Shown here piece after piece: positions 6,188 to 16,355 of a DNA stretch of 64,000 nucleotides (the first letter of the stretch is position 1; each line of letters starts with the position of its first letter). Source of the stretch: a virus. The stretch is from the IMG/VR virus record IMGVR_UViG_3300032313_001035. One strand, 5' to 3'. The translations under genes and the position numbers were made by a program. The notes beneath the pieces were generated by a model that saw only the letters and a program-made list of their open reading frames with translations, did not search any database and was not told the origin of the DNA.

Positions 6188-7339
6188 TTATATTTGTTCT
6201 TGTCTCCATGAATAGTCTATTTTCTTTTCAGGTAGATCTTTTAATGGTATGTCTAGAAATGTCTTTTCTATATCTGCCATTTCTTTTCTCATGGTTTCTT
6301 TGACGCTTGAGAAGATTTGTTTTAATGAGTCCATATCTTTTCTACTCACTGTTCTATATAGGTTATAGTATGATTCATCTGTGCCATCTAGATACTGTTT
6401 GTTGAAATCCCATATTGGGTCATTTCCATAAGGATCTGTAGTTTGTCCATCTTCCATCATGTCTACGAATTTATTAAATGTTCGGTCTATATAATAAATT
6501 TCATTTTTATTTCTGAGCATCTTTTCATTTTGTGATATTCGTAGTTTGATCAAGTCATCTACGTTTTTTAATTTAAATCTTTTGATAAGTTTTGCTATTA
6601 TTCTTTTGGCATAGATAGCTGGTTTGCTATGGCTTCTGCGTATTTCATTATTGATTTTATGTCCTAGAGATAATCTTGCATTGTAATTGGCATACTCACG
6701 ATCAACATCTTTTAATTGGGTTAAAAATAATAATATATTTCTTATATCTCTTTTTTTGTAGAATTTGCCATATCGTTCGTATGGTTCTGTAATTTTTATT
6801 GTATCTGGAATATTTGGTTGGGGGTCTTTATTCGTGGAGAAATTTTTATAACTGGTGTAATAAACGAAGGGAATGTCATCTCTTTTGCAGATGTCTTCTA
6901 CTTCTTTTAAGGTGTTCATGTAGGAACTTTCTGGATTACACCATGTTATGACTTCCATTATATATTTTTTAGCGTTTGGTATGGTTGGTTGGTCTGAATA
7001 GATACGGTCTTCCATTTCGCTGATACCTTCGCCACGATTTTTGATATTTGAATTTGACCAGTAATCAAATGCCTTACCCTTGTATCTGCTGTTCAAAAGA
7101 TCACCATCTAATTTAAATATGACACCGCTGGGATTGTTTTCGGAATAATTGTTGTATTTGCTACGGGCGGTAGACATGTAGAATATTTTTCCACCTTTGG
7201 AGGTATCGACACCTGTTTCCATTCCCAACGAGAACATATTGGATTTCAATATTTTTAAGGGTTCTATGGTATAGTGCCAAACTATACCTGTGATGGATTC
7301 GCAATAGAGTTCGAAGTATCTTTTGAAGTTTGGCAGCAT
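6188..7339 (-). CDS. Putative ADP-ribosyltransferase-fold protein, probable internal virion protein
   Basis: WHYT...YMSTARS...EMEDRI matches the H/R-STS-ExE layout of ARTs; late promoter at 7346-7351. Confidence 0.5.
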   Translation of the reverse strand: MLPNFKRYFELYCESITGIVWHYTIEPLKILKSNMFSLGMETGVDTSKGGKIFYMSTARSKYNNYSENNPSGVIFKLDGDLLNSRYKGKAFDYWSNSNIKNRGEGISEMEDRIYSDQPTIPNAKKYIMEVITWCNPESSYMNTLKEVEDICKRDDIPFVYYTSYKNFSTNKDPQPNIPDTIKITEPYERYGKFYKKRDIRNILLFLTQLKDVDREYANYNARLSLGHKINNEIRRSHSKPAIYAKRIIAKLIKRFKLKNVDDLIKLRISQNEKMLRNKNEIYYIDRTFNKFVDMMEDGQTTDPYGNDPIWDFNKQYLDGTDESYYNLYRTVSRKDMDSLKQIFSSVKETMRKEMADIEKTFLDIPLKDLPEKKIDYSWRQEQI

Positions 7340-7398
7340 TTCTATTATTTAGTATTGTATTTTGGATTTGTTCATGTTATTAATAGTTAAATAATAAC

Positions 7399-9000
7399 AT
7401 GTTTAATGATATAAGAAACTTACAACTTATCATCGAGAGTATCTACAGTGAGTTACTTCTCGAAAATAGAATCAACCGATATCTTCCGATGTTTGCGAAG
7501 GTATCAGAAAAAGGCGATGGTTCTGAGTATTTAGAGGATGTCAAATCGATTATTGATGTCTTTAAAAAGGATAATCGAATCGTGTGGATGTTGAAACAAT
7601 ATAGAAACAATATTGTCAATTCTTCTCCTAGAAGAGCACACACCATGTTAAATGCACAGTTGGAGGAATTTAAACATTTCTATTCGATGAATATTCCCAA
7701 AATCGATAATTTCCAGAATTATGATAATATAAATGTTGATGACCTTCTTGCGAAATTTGACGAATACGAAAAGGAAAACAAAGTCGATGATGAATGGGTT
7801 CCTATCAGCGAGGACATCACACCAATCATCGATTACAAAAATGGGTGGATATGGTATTCTCTTAATAAAGAATATTGTAGGTTGGAAGGGGGTGCTATGG
7901 GTCACTGTGGAAATACCGCAGCATGGACGAGTGGCGACACTGTATTATCATTACGATTTGTGAAAAATGTCAATGGTGTTCTTTATGGTAGACCATCCCT
8001 GACATTCATTCGTCATGGTAATGGTTATCTCGGAGAAACCAAAGGTCGTGCCAACGAGAAGCCAAATAGCAAGTATCATGATATGATCGTGGATCTATTG
8101 TTGACCAAAAATGGTGGGGAGTTTTATATTCAAGGTATTGAAGGTGGGGGATATGCGCCTGAGAAAAATTTTGCTGTGAGCGATCTTTCTCCACAACTAA
8201 AACAAAAATTGCTTACCACTCGTCCTGAACTCAAATCTCTTAAAGATATCTATGATATGAACGGTAATCAGGTCACTGAAGAATTGGTAGAAGCTATCAA
8301 TAATATTTTAGATGAATATAGGAAAACACCAAAGGGTGTGTCATATAGTAACAATGGTAAACGAAATATCGCGATTGTTAAGATATGGGACGATTGGGAG
8401 GATATGTATTCCGATATATACAATTTCCCCGAAAATCTTGAAAATTATTCTGGTTATATTAAAGGAGATGAGTTTTTTGACATAGGAGATTACAACATCG
8501 ACAAATCAGAACTCGAAAATTTATATAACCGTATGGATGTCGATGAAGATGAATTGAGAACATACATAGCTGAAAACTATGGTGAGGACGCAGAGTTCCC
8601 GATAGATTTATTTGGATTTTTATATGATAGCGATGATCCGATTATTGGTGACATAAGAGAGGCGATTCATTCTGGTTATGAAAGCGGTGCTGAAAGAGAA
8701 CTATATAAATATTTCAGATTAGGTATCGATGATATGGTAATTCAATACGAAAACCCAAATGACCCTGAAGGTGATCATTTGGATGGTTATGTGACACTGG
8801 AAGATGAATCGATATTCAAACCCATTTCTTTAACTTTTGCTATGAATGAATTTTTAATCATGCTTGACGAAAGAATAAGATTCAGCGACAATGCTAGCAC
8901 TGAAGGTGATATGGATGTTCCTTATTATGGATTTGAGGGTTATGATGAATCAGCAGCGAAAGAAAAATTGAGAGAGATTCACCCACTTATTTTCAAATAA
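7399..9000 (+). CDS. PcfJ-like domain protein
   Basis: EGGAMGHCG...VLSLR...ETKGRANEKP motifs; late promoter at 7388-7393. Confidence 0.6.
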   Translation: MFNDIRNLQLIIESIYSELLLENRINRYLPMFAKVSEKGDGSEYLEDVKSIIDVFKKDNRIVWMLKQYRNNIVNSSPRRAHTMLNAQLEEFKHFYSMNIPKIDNFQNYDNINVDDLLAKFDEYEKENKVDDEWVPISEDITPIIDYKNGWIWYSLNKEYCRLEGGAMGHCGNTAAWTSGDTVLSLRFVKNVNGVLYGRPSLTFIRHGNGYLGETKGRANEKPNSKYHDMIVDLLLTKNGGEFYIQGIEGGGYAPEKNFAVSDLSPQLKQKLLTTRPELKSLKDIYDMNGNQVTEELVEAINNILDEYRKTPKGVSYSNNGKRNIAIVKIWDDWEDMYSDIYNFPENLENYSGYIKGDEFFDIGDYNIDKSELENLYNRMDVDEDELRTYIAENYGEDAEFPIDLFGFLYDSDDPIIGDIREAIHSGYESGAERELYKYFRLGIDDMVIQYENPNDPEGDHLDGYVTLEDESIFKPISLTFAMNEFLIMLDERIRFSDNASTEGDMDVPYYGFEGYDESAAKEKLREIHPLIFK

Positions 9001-9003
9001 TTT

Positions 9004-9480
9004 ATGAAGACATTTTTAGAATCATTTTATGATATACAGGAGTTAACTCCTCATACCAAGTTCTCAGATGTAAAAGGTATGGAATACCTGAAGGTCTATC
9101 GTTCTTCAGCAAGACCAAATAAACACAATTATACAGAGGGTTCACACGCTGGAACATTACAGCAAGCGTTGATCAGAGCGGATTATATGATCAACGATGA
9201 AGAAAAATACGATGAATATTATCTTTATGAATTGATTATTAGATTGGGTAGAGTATATCCATCTCTTTTAAAAGATGATGGCAGTGATCATGGATATGAC
9301 TACATATCCGATATGAAAGACTATGACACTGCTTTCTATAAAAATACTGGAGAAGGCGATATTAGAAACGAAAACCTTTCAATTATTATAATAAATCCCG
9401 ATAGTGTATTTAAATCCGAAATGGTAAAAGAGATTGATAGCGAATATTTGACCTCTATTCAAGATGATTTGTATAATTAA
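9004..9480 (+). CDS. ADP-ribosyltransferase-like protein (polyvalent-protein ART type)
   Basis: VYR...GSHAGTLQQA..R...YDTAFYKNTGEG...SIIIINPD pattern. Confidence 0.55.
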   Translation: MKTFLESFYDIQELTPHTKFSDVKGMEYLKVYRSSARPNKHNYTEGSHAGTLQQALIRADYMINDEEKYDEYYLYELIIRLGRVYPSLLKDDGSDHGYDYISDMKDYDTAFYKNTGEGDIRNENLSIIIINPDSVFKSEMVKEIDSEYLTSIQDDLYN

Positions 9481-9492
9481 TTAAATACATAC

Positions 9493-10647
9493 ATGAGCAA
9501 TTTTGATAAATTATTTAGCCAATTAATGGAGAGTGTTATTGTATCCGAGGCGTTTGATAGCGAAATGGGTAGTAGCCGAAAAATAGATTCTCAAGAATTA
9601 ATCGATTATATTAATCGTGTAATTAGTAGAAAAAATAATTCCAAATCAAAAGTAAAAGATAATAAGATGAAGATAAAAGATTATCTTCATATGCCGCATA
9701 TTCATGCCTCGATAGCGAATAGAATTAAAGTGACTACTAATGATGGTTACGAATTAGATTTAAATAAATTTTCCCAATTTATTAAAAAGCGTCCCCCCGC
9801 TTTACTTCGTCAAAATGAAAAAATGGTGAAAAGTGGGACGGATGATACTGTATTCTATAACACATCCCTTCCTGCTCTCAAGGGCTTAGTGATCGACGAA
9901 GATACAGGAGAATTTAGAATAGTAGATACATGCCCATCCGCTGGAAATTGTCAATTGATTTGTTATGCGAAACACGGGTCATATGTATTATTCCCTGATG
10001 TTTCCATTTCACAAAATAGAGCTTTAAATTATTTGTTTAATGATCCAGAAGGATTCCAAGATCAAATGGAAGCAGAAATTAGATTAGCCAGAGCTAAAAA
10101 CAGAACGAGCGGAAAACGAGTGCAAATTAGATGGAATGATTCGGGTGATTTACTTTCTCCCAAATTTTTCAAAATGGTTGTGGATATTGCCAATAATACC
10201 CCACTCGTGGATCATTACATTTATACCAAAGAAGTTGCGATGATTAAGCAATTTGCCAATCCACCCGAAAATATAATTTTCAATTTTTCATATGGTGGTA
10301 GAAAAGATCAAGAAAAATTAATTGATCCTTCTACAGATAAATTATCCCATATAGTCGATGTTAGAGACAAAGAAAAAGTTAAAAATAATTTGAGTGTTAT
10401 CAAAAAAATGAAATACATAGATTATGATAAGACATCTAAAGAATGGTATTATAATAATCCAGATGCTGTGAAACAATTGATAGCACAACACTATGGTATT
10501 GATCCAAAAACACTTTTAACAATTGATGAATTAGCAAAAACACCTAAAGGCGAAGCAAGACAATATAATGTTATTGTGTTGCCAGGAGAATCCGATCTTT
10601 CTGCTAGTAGAAGAGATGTTGGTGGGACTTTCTTAATTATACACTAA
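9493..10647 (+). CDS. GP88-family (radical-SAM-like Cys cluster) protein
   Basis: TCPSAGNCQLICYA and IRWNDSGD, YIYTK motifs; late promoter at 9482-9487. Confidence 0.7.
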   Translation: MSNFDKLFSQLMESVIVSEAFDSEMGSSRKIDSQELIDYINRVISRKNNSKSKVKDNKMKIKDYLHMPHIHASIANRIKVTTNDGYELDLNKFSQFIKKRPPALLRQNEKMVKSGTDDTVFYNTSLPALKGLVIDEDTGEFRIVDTCPSAGNCQLICYAKHGSYVLFPDVSISQNRALNYLFNDPEGFQDQMEAEIRLARAKNRTSGKRVQIRWNDSGDLLSPKFFKMVVDIANNTPLVDHYIYTKEVAMIKQFANPPENIIFNFSYGGRKDQEKLIDPSTDKLSHIVDVRDKEKVKNNLSVIKKMKYIDYDKTSKEWYYNNPDAVKQLIAQHYGIDPKTLLTIDELAKTPKGEARQYNVIVLPGESDLSASRRDVGGTFLIIH

Positions 10648-10657
10648 TCAGATACAA

Positions 10658-12526
10658 ATGTTTAGATTTGATAAATTATATAAAAAATTTTACATAGAAT
10701 CTTATGAAGAAGATTCTGGTTATAAAGAAATTGAATTTGTATGTGTCAACACTGAGCCAGAAAATATAAATACCGCATCTTCAAAAGAATCACAACGCCG
10801 ATTATATTTTGATTTAAAAAATATAGAAGGTGTTATACCACTATGGCAAGATTGGAGTGATTATAGCGGTGAAGATTATATACAATTAAGCCTTACAGCA
10901 ATATACAAAGATCCCAAATCTAAAAAAAATATCATTGCTGCCGCGAAAAGAAATGGTGTAAAGATAGATATGATTCAATCGGTGGATGATGAATATGTTG
11001 ATAGGGCAATTAGAGGTGATCATGAAGGGCAAATAAATGAATCTTACGAAGACGATTTTTCTTCCAATTGGCAGAAAGCAATTACCACATCGGAAGAACT
11101 TCGAGTAGCATTGGATTTGATGAAAAATATCAAGTCTAAAAATCAAGGAGATATTTATATTGTTGGCGGTGTTCCTAGAGATATTTTAATGGGTAATGAA
11201 ATTGATGATGTGGATATGGCAACCAATATTCCATTTGAAAAGATTGCCCAAGATTTTGACATCAGAAACATTTCGAAGAATGATTCTCAACCCGTATATA
11301 CTATTTTGTGGAAAGGTTATAATTTTGATCTGGCAAAATTTAGAGAAGATTCTGGTGATATTGGTAGACAAAATAATGTATCCACTGAAACAGACTCATT
11401 TGAAGCAGATACTCGTAGAAGAGACCTCACTATTAATTCTTTTGGACTTGATGAAAATGGTTCGATTGTCGATTATCAGGGCGGTCTAGAAGATCTCAAA
11501 AACAAGATTGTTCGTGCTGTAGGTGATCCTAAGAAAAGATTTTTGGAAGATGCTACCAGAATTTTGCGAGTGTTTCGTTTTGCTGCTAAGATGGATTTTG
11601 ATATTGAAGAGAATACCAAAAGAGCAGCCATCGAATTGAAGAAATTACTCCAAGATCCTAAAGCAATTTCTAAAGAAAGTATATCAAAAGAATTTTACAA
11701 GTCTGCGAAAAGCGGAAAAACACTTGCAAACTTTTTGAAAAAATTACAGGACACTGGTATTCTCCATGACATTCTACCAGAATTCACTTCTATGGAAGGA
11801 TATGATCATGATCCAGAACATCATCCAGAAGGAGATTCGCAAGTTCTTGGTCACATGTATGAGTGTTTGAATGTATCTCCTTACAAAGATCCTGTGATAA
11901 ATTTAGCTGTTCTTTTCCATGATTTCGGAAAAGCTACCACACGTGGAAGAAAACCAAATGGATTTAGTAGTTATCATGGACACGAAGCTGCTGGTGTCCC
12001 AATCGTGGAAAACATATTTGAGAGATTGCGTTTTGCAGAATTATCTGCCCAAGATAAAAAGAATATATTAGCAGCCGTCGATAAACACATGCACGTGCAT
12101 AATCTGGATAAATTGAATATTAAAACTCTCGCAAGATTAATTCAAAATCCAGCATGGGAAATTATCAAAGCTGTTGGATATTGCGATGAAGCATCAAGAG
12201 GAGATCAATTATTTAACAAACAAGAGTTTGAAGAGAAAATAAAAAGAGCCGAAGAAAAAGTTTCCAATATTGGAGCCAATCAAGACGATACTCGTAAGCG
12301 ATTAAAACAATATTTCGATGGTAAAAAATTAATGGAATGGTTTCCTGTTCTCAAAAATGACAAGACCAAATTCAAAGATATTGTGGAGGCATTGAACGAA
12401 TACGTATTGGAGACTCTTAATAAAGGTGATACGCCCAATGATGATGAGATGCGAGAAATTGCAGGTGATATATTAGGGACTGGTAGATTCAATGAATCTT
12501 TCAAAAGATATTTAAAGTCTCTATAA
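10658..12526 (+). CDS. cca: Class II tRNA nucleotidyltransferase (CCA-adding) with HD domain and extra N-terminal domain
   Basis: VGGVPRD, DVDMAT, RRDLTINS, EDATRILRVFRF, HHPEG, LFHDFGK. Confidence 0.9.
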   Translation: MFRFDKLYKKFYIESYEEDSGYKEIEFVCVNTEPENINTASSKESQRRLYFDLKNIEGVIPLWQDWSDYSGEDYIQLSLTAIYKDPKSKKNIIAAAKRNGVKIDMIQSVDDEYVDRAIRGDHEGQINESYEDDFSSNWQKAITTSEELRVALDLMKNIKSKNQGDIYIVGGVPRDILMGNEIDDVDMATNIPFEKIAQDFDIRNISKNDSQPVYTILWKGYNFDLAKFREDSGDIGRQNNVSTETDSFEADTRRRDLTINSFGLDENGSIVDYQGGLEDLKNKIVRAVGDPKKRFLEDATRILRVFRFAAKMDFDIEENTKRAAIELKKLLQDPKAISKESISKEFYKSAKSGKTLANFLKKLQDTGILHDILPEFTSMEGYDHDPEHHPEGDSQVLGHMYECLNVSPYKDPVINLAVLFHDFGKATTRGRKPNGFSSYHGHEAAGVPIVENIFERLRFAELSAQDKKNILAAVDKHMHVHNLDKLNIKTLARLIQNPAWEIIKAVGYCDEASRGDQLFNKQEFEEKIKRAEEKVSNIGANQDDTRKRLKQYFDGKKLMEWFPVLKNDKTKFKDIVEALNEYVLETLNKGDTPNDDEMREIAGDILGTGRFNESFKRYLKSL

Positions 12527-13396
12527 TTACATTATAGATACGGTTCCTATATGAGAACCAACATAATAATCGAATAATTGCTCTAGAATTGGTTTGAATT
12601 CGTATTCGATTAAATTGTTTGCGGTATCTTCGTCTTGTAATTTATACATTCGACCTGTGTCTCTACCCCATGCTTTTTTATTATCGCTCATTAGAATTTC
12701 GGGGGCTGGATTTAAATTTAATTCTCCATCATGTAACAACCAATATGCGAAACATTCGTGGTAAAATTCTGCGGGTCTGGGTAAAAGTTCCCTTCGAGCA
12801 CTTCTAAATTTACCGATTTTTTGGAATAAATCTCTGATCGAATACATATTAGAATATCTTAAATTAGTATATGCGGATGTGTTCATACCATAACATTCTA
12901 AAATTTCTTTTAGAATTCTTGATATTTCCCTATCATAATATTTGATACTGTTATCATTTTGTCTACCACGAAATGTAGCAGCAAATGCATGTCCAATCCT
13001 ATGAGTTATTGTCCAAGGTGTCAGTGGAACTTTCTCAGCGGCTGCATTATTGGTAAAAATAACAGTAACTTCGTTATCATCTGGAAGTGGGAAGTCATGT
13101 CCTGCTTTAACACCAATTAGTTCTTCCAATTGGTTGATATCCACAATTCCTCTTTCTGCTTGCTTCCAAGCATTTGGTAACTTAACAAAATATAAATTAA
13201 AATCCCAATTGCTTATATTGTTATATTTTTGTTCTAGTTTTTTCAAACCTGCGGGAGAAGACAAAATTCCTATAGAAGCTTTATCATAACCATGGCGATT
13301 TTTTTTATCATCCCATTTACCAATTTTTTTCAAATTGGTCAGAGCCATCTCATTATAGATAGCTTCGAAATTTTCGATATCTTTTTTAAATCCCAT
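12527..13396 (-). CDS. Zincin-like protein (HRIGH variant of HExxH)
   Basis: PWTITHRIGHAF...EFYHECFA; late promoter at 13402-13407. Confidence 0.5.
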   Translation of the reverse strand: MGFKKDIENFEAIYNEMALTNLKKIGKWDDKKNRHGYDKASIGILSSPAGLKKLEQKYNNISNWDFNLYFVKLPNAWKQAERGIVDINQLEELIGVKAGHDFPLPDDNEVTVIFTNNAAAEKVPLTPWTITHRIGHAFAATFRGRQNDNSIKYYDREISRILKEILECYGMNTSAYTNLRYSNMYSIRDLFQKIGKFRSARRELLPRPAEFYHECFAYWLLHDGELNLNPAPEILMSDNKKAWGRDTGRMYKLQDEDTANNLIEYEFKPILEQLFDYYVGSHIGTVSIM

Positions 13397-13417
13397 GTTA
13401 ATATTTAATGAATAAAA

Positions 13418-13642
13418 TCAATCCTTATGTTGTTTTTCCATTTTGGTGTAATACTTGGGATCTTCCTCGACGTGTTGCTTTGAAATAGTCCTAGCTATTT
13501 TTTTACCCTCTTTAGTGTTTCGTTTTTTAGGAGCGATGTGCTCTTGCTCGACTTCTTCACCTTTTTCGATTTCTTGTTCTGGTAAATCTTTTTTATTTAC
13601 TTTTTTCATGTATTCATCGAAGAATTTGTCGAATTTTTTCAT
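13418..13642 (-). CDS. DUF5661-like small protein
   Basis: KGEEVEQEH...IA.TI.KQHVEEDPKYYTKM; start set by TAAATA-N5-ATG. Confidence 0.7.
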   Translation of the reverse strand: MKKFDKFFDEYMKKVNKKDLPEQEIEKGEEVEQEHIAPKKRNTKEGKKIARTISKQHVEEDPKYYTKMEKQHKD

Positions 13643-13684
13643 AATAATATTTATCATTTATTTCAAATACGATTAAATATAAAT

Positions 13685-15472
13685 ATGCATGTTTCGGACG
13701 ATTTAGAATTGGTTTATTTATATGAACAAATTATTACAGAAGGATTGGAAGATAAAATTCCCAAATTGATAAATTTGGTTCCTAATAACATAGAAAATAA
13801 AGAAGAATATATTCGTTGGGCTGCTGAAACTTTTGACCCCACTAAAAATTCAGAATATATTACATGGGTTTTGCGAATGTTGAAAAGTGGTGTTATAAGC
13901 GGCGAAGAAGATAGTGATAAAGTTAAAGAACGTTTATTAAACTTCACTGAGCTTAAAAGAAAACCACAGTTTCCAAAAGATAAAAGAGATATTAATTCCT
14001 ATAAATCATATGGTGATTTAGCTGAAACATTGGATGAATTTCAGGGAATAAAGACCAAAGGCGAAGTGAAACGAGAATCTTTGGAAGAAGGTATTGAATT
14101 TATTGACTCATCTAGCGGCGAAGAAGGTGAGGGTACAAACTTATATATCGTAACAACTGAAGAGGCAGCTGCAAAATACTTTAGGCAAACTGAATGGTGT
14201 GTCAAAGATCCTAGATTTTTTAATAATTATGGACCACCATATTATTTCTTTACAGAAGATGGGGAACCAAAAACTTTATTACATTTAAATTCTAATCAAT
14301 GTATGGATGTGAGAGATCGCCCAACAGATTTAGATCGTGATGAGAAAGAATTGATGGAATCCGAAAAAATGACGAATTATGTCATGGAAAATGATAACTC
14401 TGATGCAGCGTTATCATTTTACACTGAGAAAGTTGGTGGGGGTTATGATGATGCAATTAGCAATATTTTTTGGGGAAAAATAGATAGTCTCATGAAAGAA
14501 GCTAATTCGGGATTAAAAATGTTTAGTATCAGCGAACCATATAGTGAAGATCTCGAATATTACGAACCAGAAGCTTATGGATACATCGAATATGATATGT
14601 CCCCTTACGAAGATTATATAAATGACCGAGATTTTCTTAGCGTTTTAGCTGATGTTTTATATAAATTTGATATATATCCTTCTGAATTTGCATATAGCGA
14701 ACCAATTTCAGAAGATTTGAATGGTATCAGTTTTAATATCAGAAATGAAAATGAATATTATAGAAGAGTATCAATAGTTGATAAATTAGAATCTTTTATA
14801 AGAGAATTAGAAGGTATCGAACGAAACTTCGATATTGACTCATTCGGAGAACATCTTCAAGAAGTAATGATTGATAAAGGATATCTGTCTTCGGATTGGA
14901 GTAATTTTAAAAATAAAGTATCTTTAAACGATATTCAGTTTAAAAATTTTGAAAGAAGTGGTTCTACTGATATTTTTAAAAGTAATCCAGTAGATGTGGG
15001 TTCCTTTGTGCAGGGCTCAAAAGATTTTACCATATCATCAGATTTGACCAAAAAATATAGACGGGATCAACACCCGTATGTTTTAGTATCAGAATTCTTA
15101 AAACCTTTCATTTCTCGTGGATTGGAAGTTAGAATTGCAGATGGGGCAACGAAGATGGGATTTAGTTACGAACCAATGTATGAAAAAGATAAAACTGGTA
15201 GGGAATATGTTCGAGGATTGAAAGCAATTAGAGATTTCGACACCCACTTTGAGTTTTATATGGATCAAATCAGAAACTTTTTTGAGAAGTATGTGACCCC
15301 ATATTTAGAAAATAAAGCCGATGGCAGTGATGATTATAATATACCATCAGATATAAAAATACCTCTAATAAAAATTAGAAGTAGAAAAGAAAGTGGTGAG
15401 CAGATGTCATTAGATCTACACGAAAAGAGAATACAAAATTATGTCGATTGCTTAAAATTAAAAAACTGGTAA
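13685..15472 (+). CDS. Large acidic hypothetical protein, probable internal virion protein
   Basis: 595-aa ORF, TEWCVK motif, late promoter at 13674-13679. Confidence 0.75.
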   Translation: MHVSDDLELVYLYEQIITEGLEDKIPKLINLVPNNIENKEEYIRWAAETFDPTKNSEYITWVLRMLKSGVISGEEDSDKVKERLLNFTELKRKPQFPKDKRDINSYKSYGDLAETLDEFQGIKTKGEVKRESLEEGIEFIDSSSGEEGEGTNLYIVTTEEAAAKYFRQTEWCVKDPRFFNNYGPPYYFFTEDGEPKTLLHLNSNQCMDVRDRPTDLDRDEKELMESEKMTNYVMENDNSDAALSFYTEKVGGGYDDAISNIFWGKIDSLMKEANSGLKMFSISEPYSEDLEYYEPEAYGYIEYDMSPYEDYINDRDFLSVLADVLYKFDIYPSEFAYSEPISEDLNGISFNIRNENEYYRRVSIVDKLESFIRELEGIERNFDIDSFGEHLQEVMIDKGYLSSDWSNFKNKVSLNDIQFKNFERSGSTDIFKSNPVDVGSFVQGSKDFTISSDLTKKYRRDQHPYVLVSEFLKPFISRGLEVRIADGATKMGFSYEPMYEKDKTGREYVRGLKAIRDFDTHFEFYMDQIRNFFEKYVTPYLENKADGSDDYNIPSDIKIPLIKIRSRKESGEQMSLDLHEKRIQNYVDCLKLKNW

Positions 15473-15497
15473 TTACATATTACCAGTTTTTTATCAA

Positions 15498-15824
15498 TTA
15501 TCTATTATCTCCCGAACCAGATATTTTATTCCTCTGTTGTCGAGAATATAATTTATCTAAATTTGCTTGGGCGACTTCCTCTAAGGTAAATCCGAGATCT
15601 CTAGAGAGAACCGCGCAATACCATAATACATCGCCGATTTCTTTAGCGATTTCTTTTTTGTGATCATCAGTAAATACGCCATTATTATCACGCAATACTT
15701 TTTTAACTTTATCCGATACTTCACCAGCCTCTCCAGTAAGTCCTAGTGTCGGATAAATGATGGATTGTCCTTCACCATAAATAGCAGTGCTTGAAGCATT
15801 TTTTTGATATTCATTTAAATTCAT
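15498..15824 (-). CDS. mazG: MazG-like nucleotide pyrophosphohydrolase
   Basis: LGLTGEAGEV...KEIGDVLWY...NLDKL. Confidence 0.9.
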   Translation of the reverse strand: MNLNEYQKNASSTAIYGEGQSIIYPTLGLTGEAGEVSDKVKKVLRDNNGVFTDDHKKEIAKEIGDVLWYCAVLSRDLGFTLEEVAQANLDKLYSRQQRNKISGSGDNR

Positions 15825-16114
15825 GAATCTATCTTATCATTGTTCAAATATTTGTCAAATAGCATTGTGATATAATCAGCAAACCAACACACTGAAGATG
15901 AATAAAATCCCCACAGTGTCATCATTGGAAAGGAACCACCCCAAAAAAAACCAAAAAAACAACCAACCCAAAATCCCAAACACATGCAACATTCGAAAAG
16001 TTTTTTGAAAAAATCTTTTCTAGATAAGAAATTTCTAATAGGGTCTAAAATAGATCCATATTTAAGAATAAAACAAAATCCTATTAATGCAAAAGTTTGG
16101 AAAAATAAATTCAT
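15821..16114 (-). CDS. Small membrane protein (DUF1360-like)
   Basis: LFECCMCLGFWVG plus hydrophobic segments. Confidence 0.6.
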   Translation of the reverse strand: MNLFFQTFALIGFCFILKYGSILDPIRNFLSRKDFFKKLFECCMCLGFWVGCFFGFFWGGSFPMMTLWGFYSSSVCWFADYITMLFDKYLNNDKIDS

Positions 16115-16115
16115 A

Positions 16116-16313
16116 TTAACCAAGAATAAGTTTTTTGTTTTCGATAGTTTTCACACCATCCGAAATCAGCAAAGCTTCATCTTTTTTTACTATAATTTTA
16201 TTACCAAAATCATCAGTGATTTCAACCATACCATCCTGTAATTCTGTAACTACAGGACATCCACGACCTTTGCAGCACAATTTAACACTATTATCATTTA
16301 TAATTTTAATCAT
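16116..16313 (-). CDS. Small hypothetical protein
   Basis: CCKGRGCP motif; in operon order. Confidence 0.7.
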   Translation of the reverse strand: MIKIINDNSVKLCCKGRGCPVVTELQDGMVEITDDFGNKIIVKKDEALLISDGVKTIENKKLILG

Positions 16314-16355
16314 AACAGTAATATTTAGTAGGGTTATATTCTTTTACAATAATAT

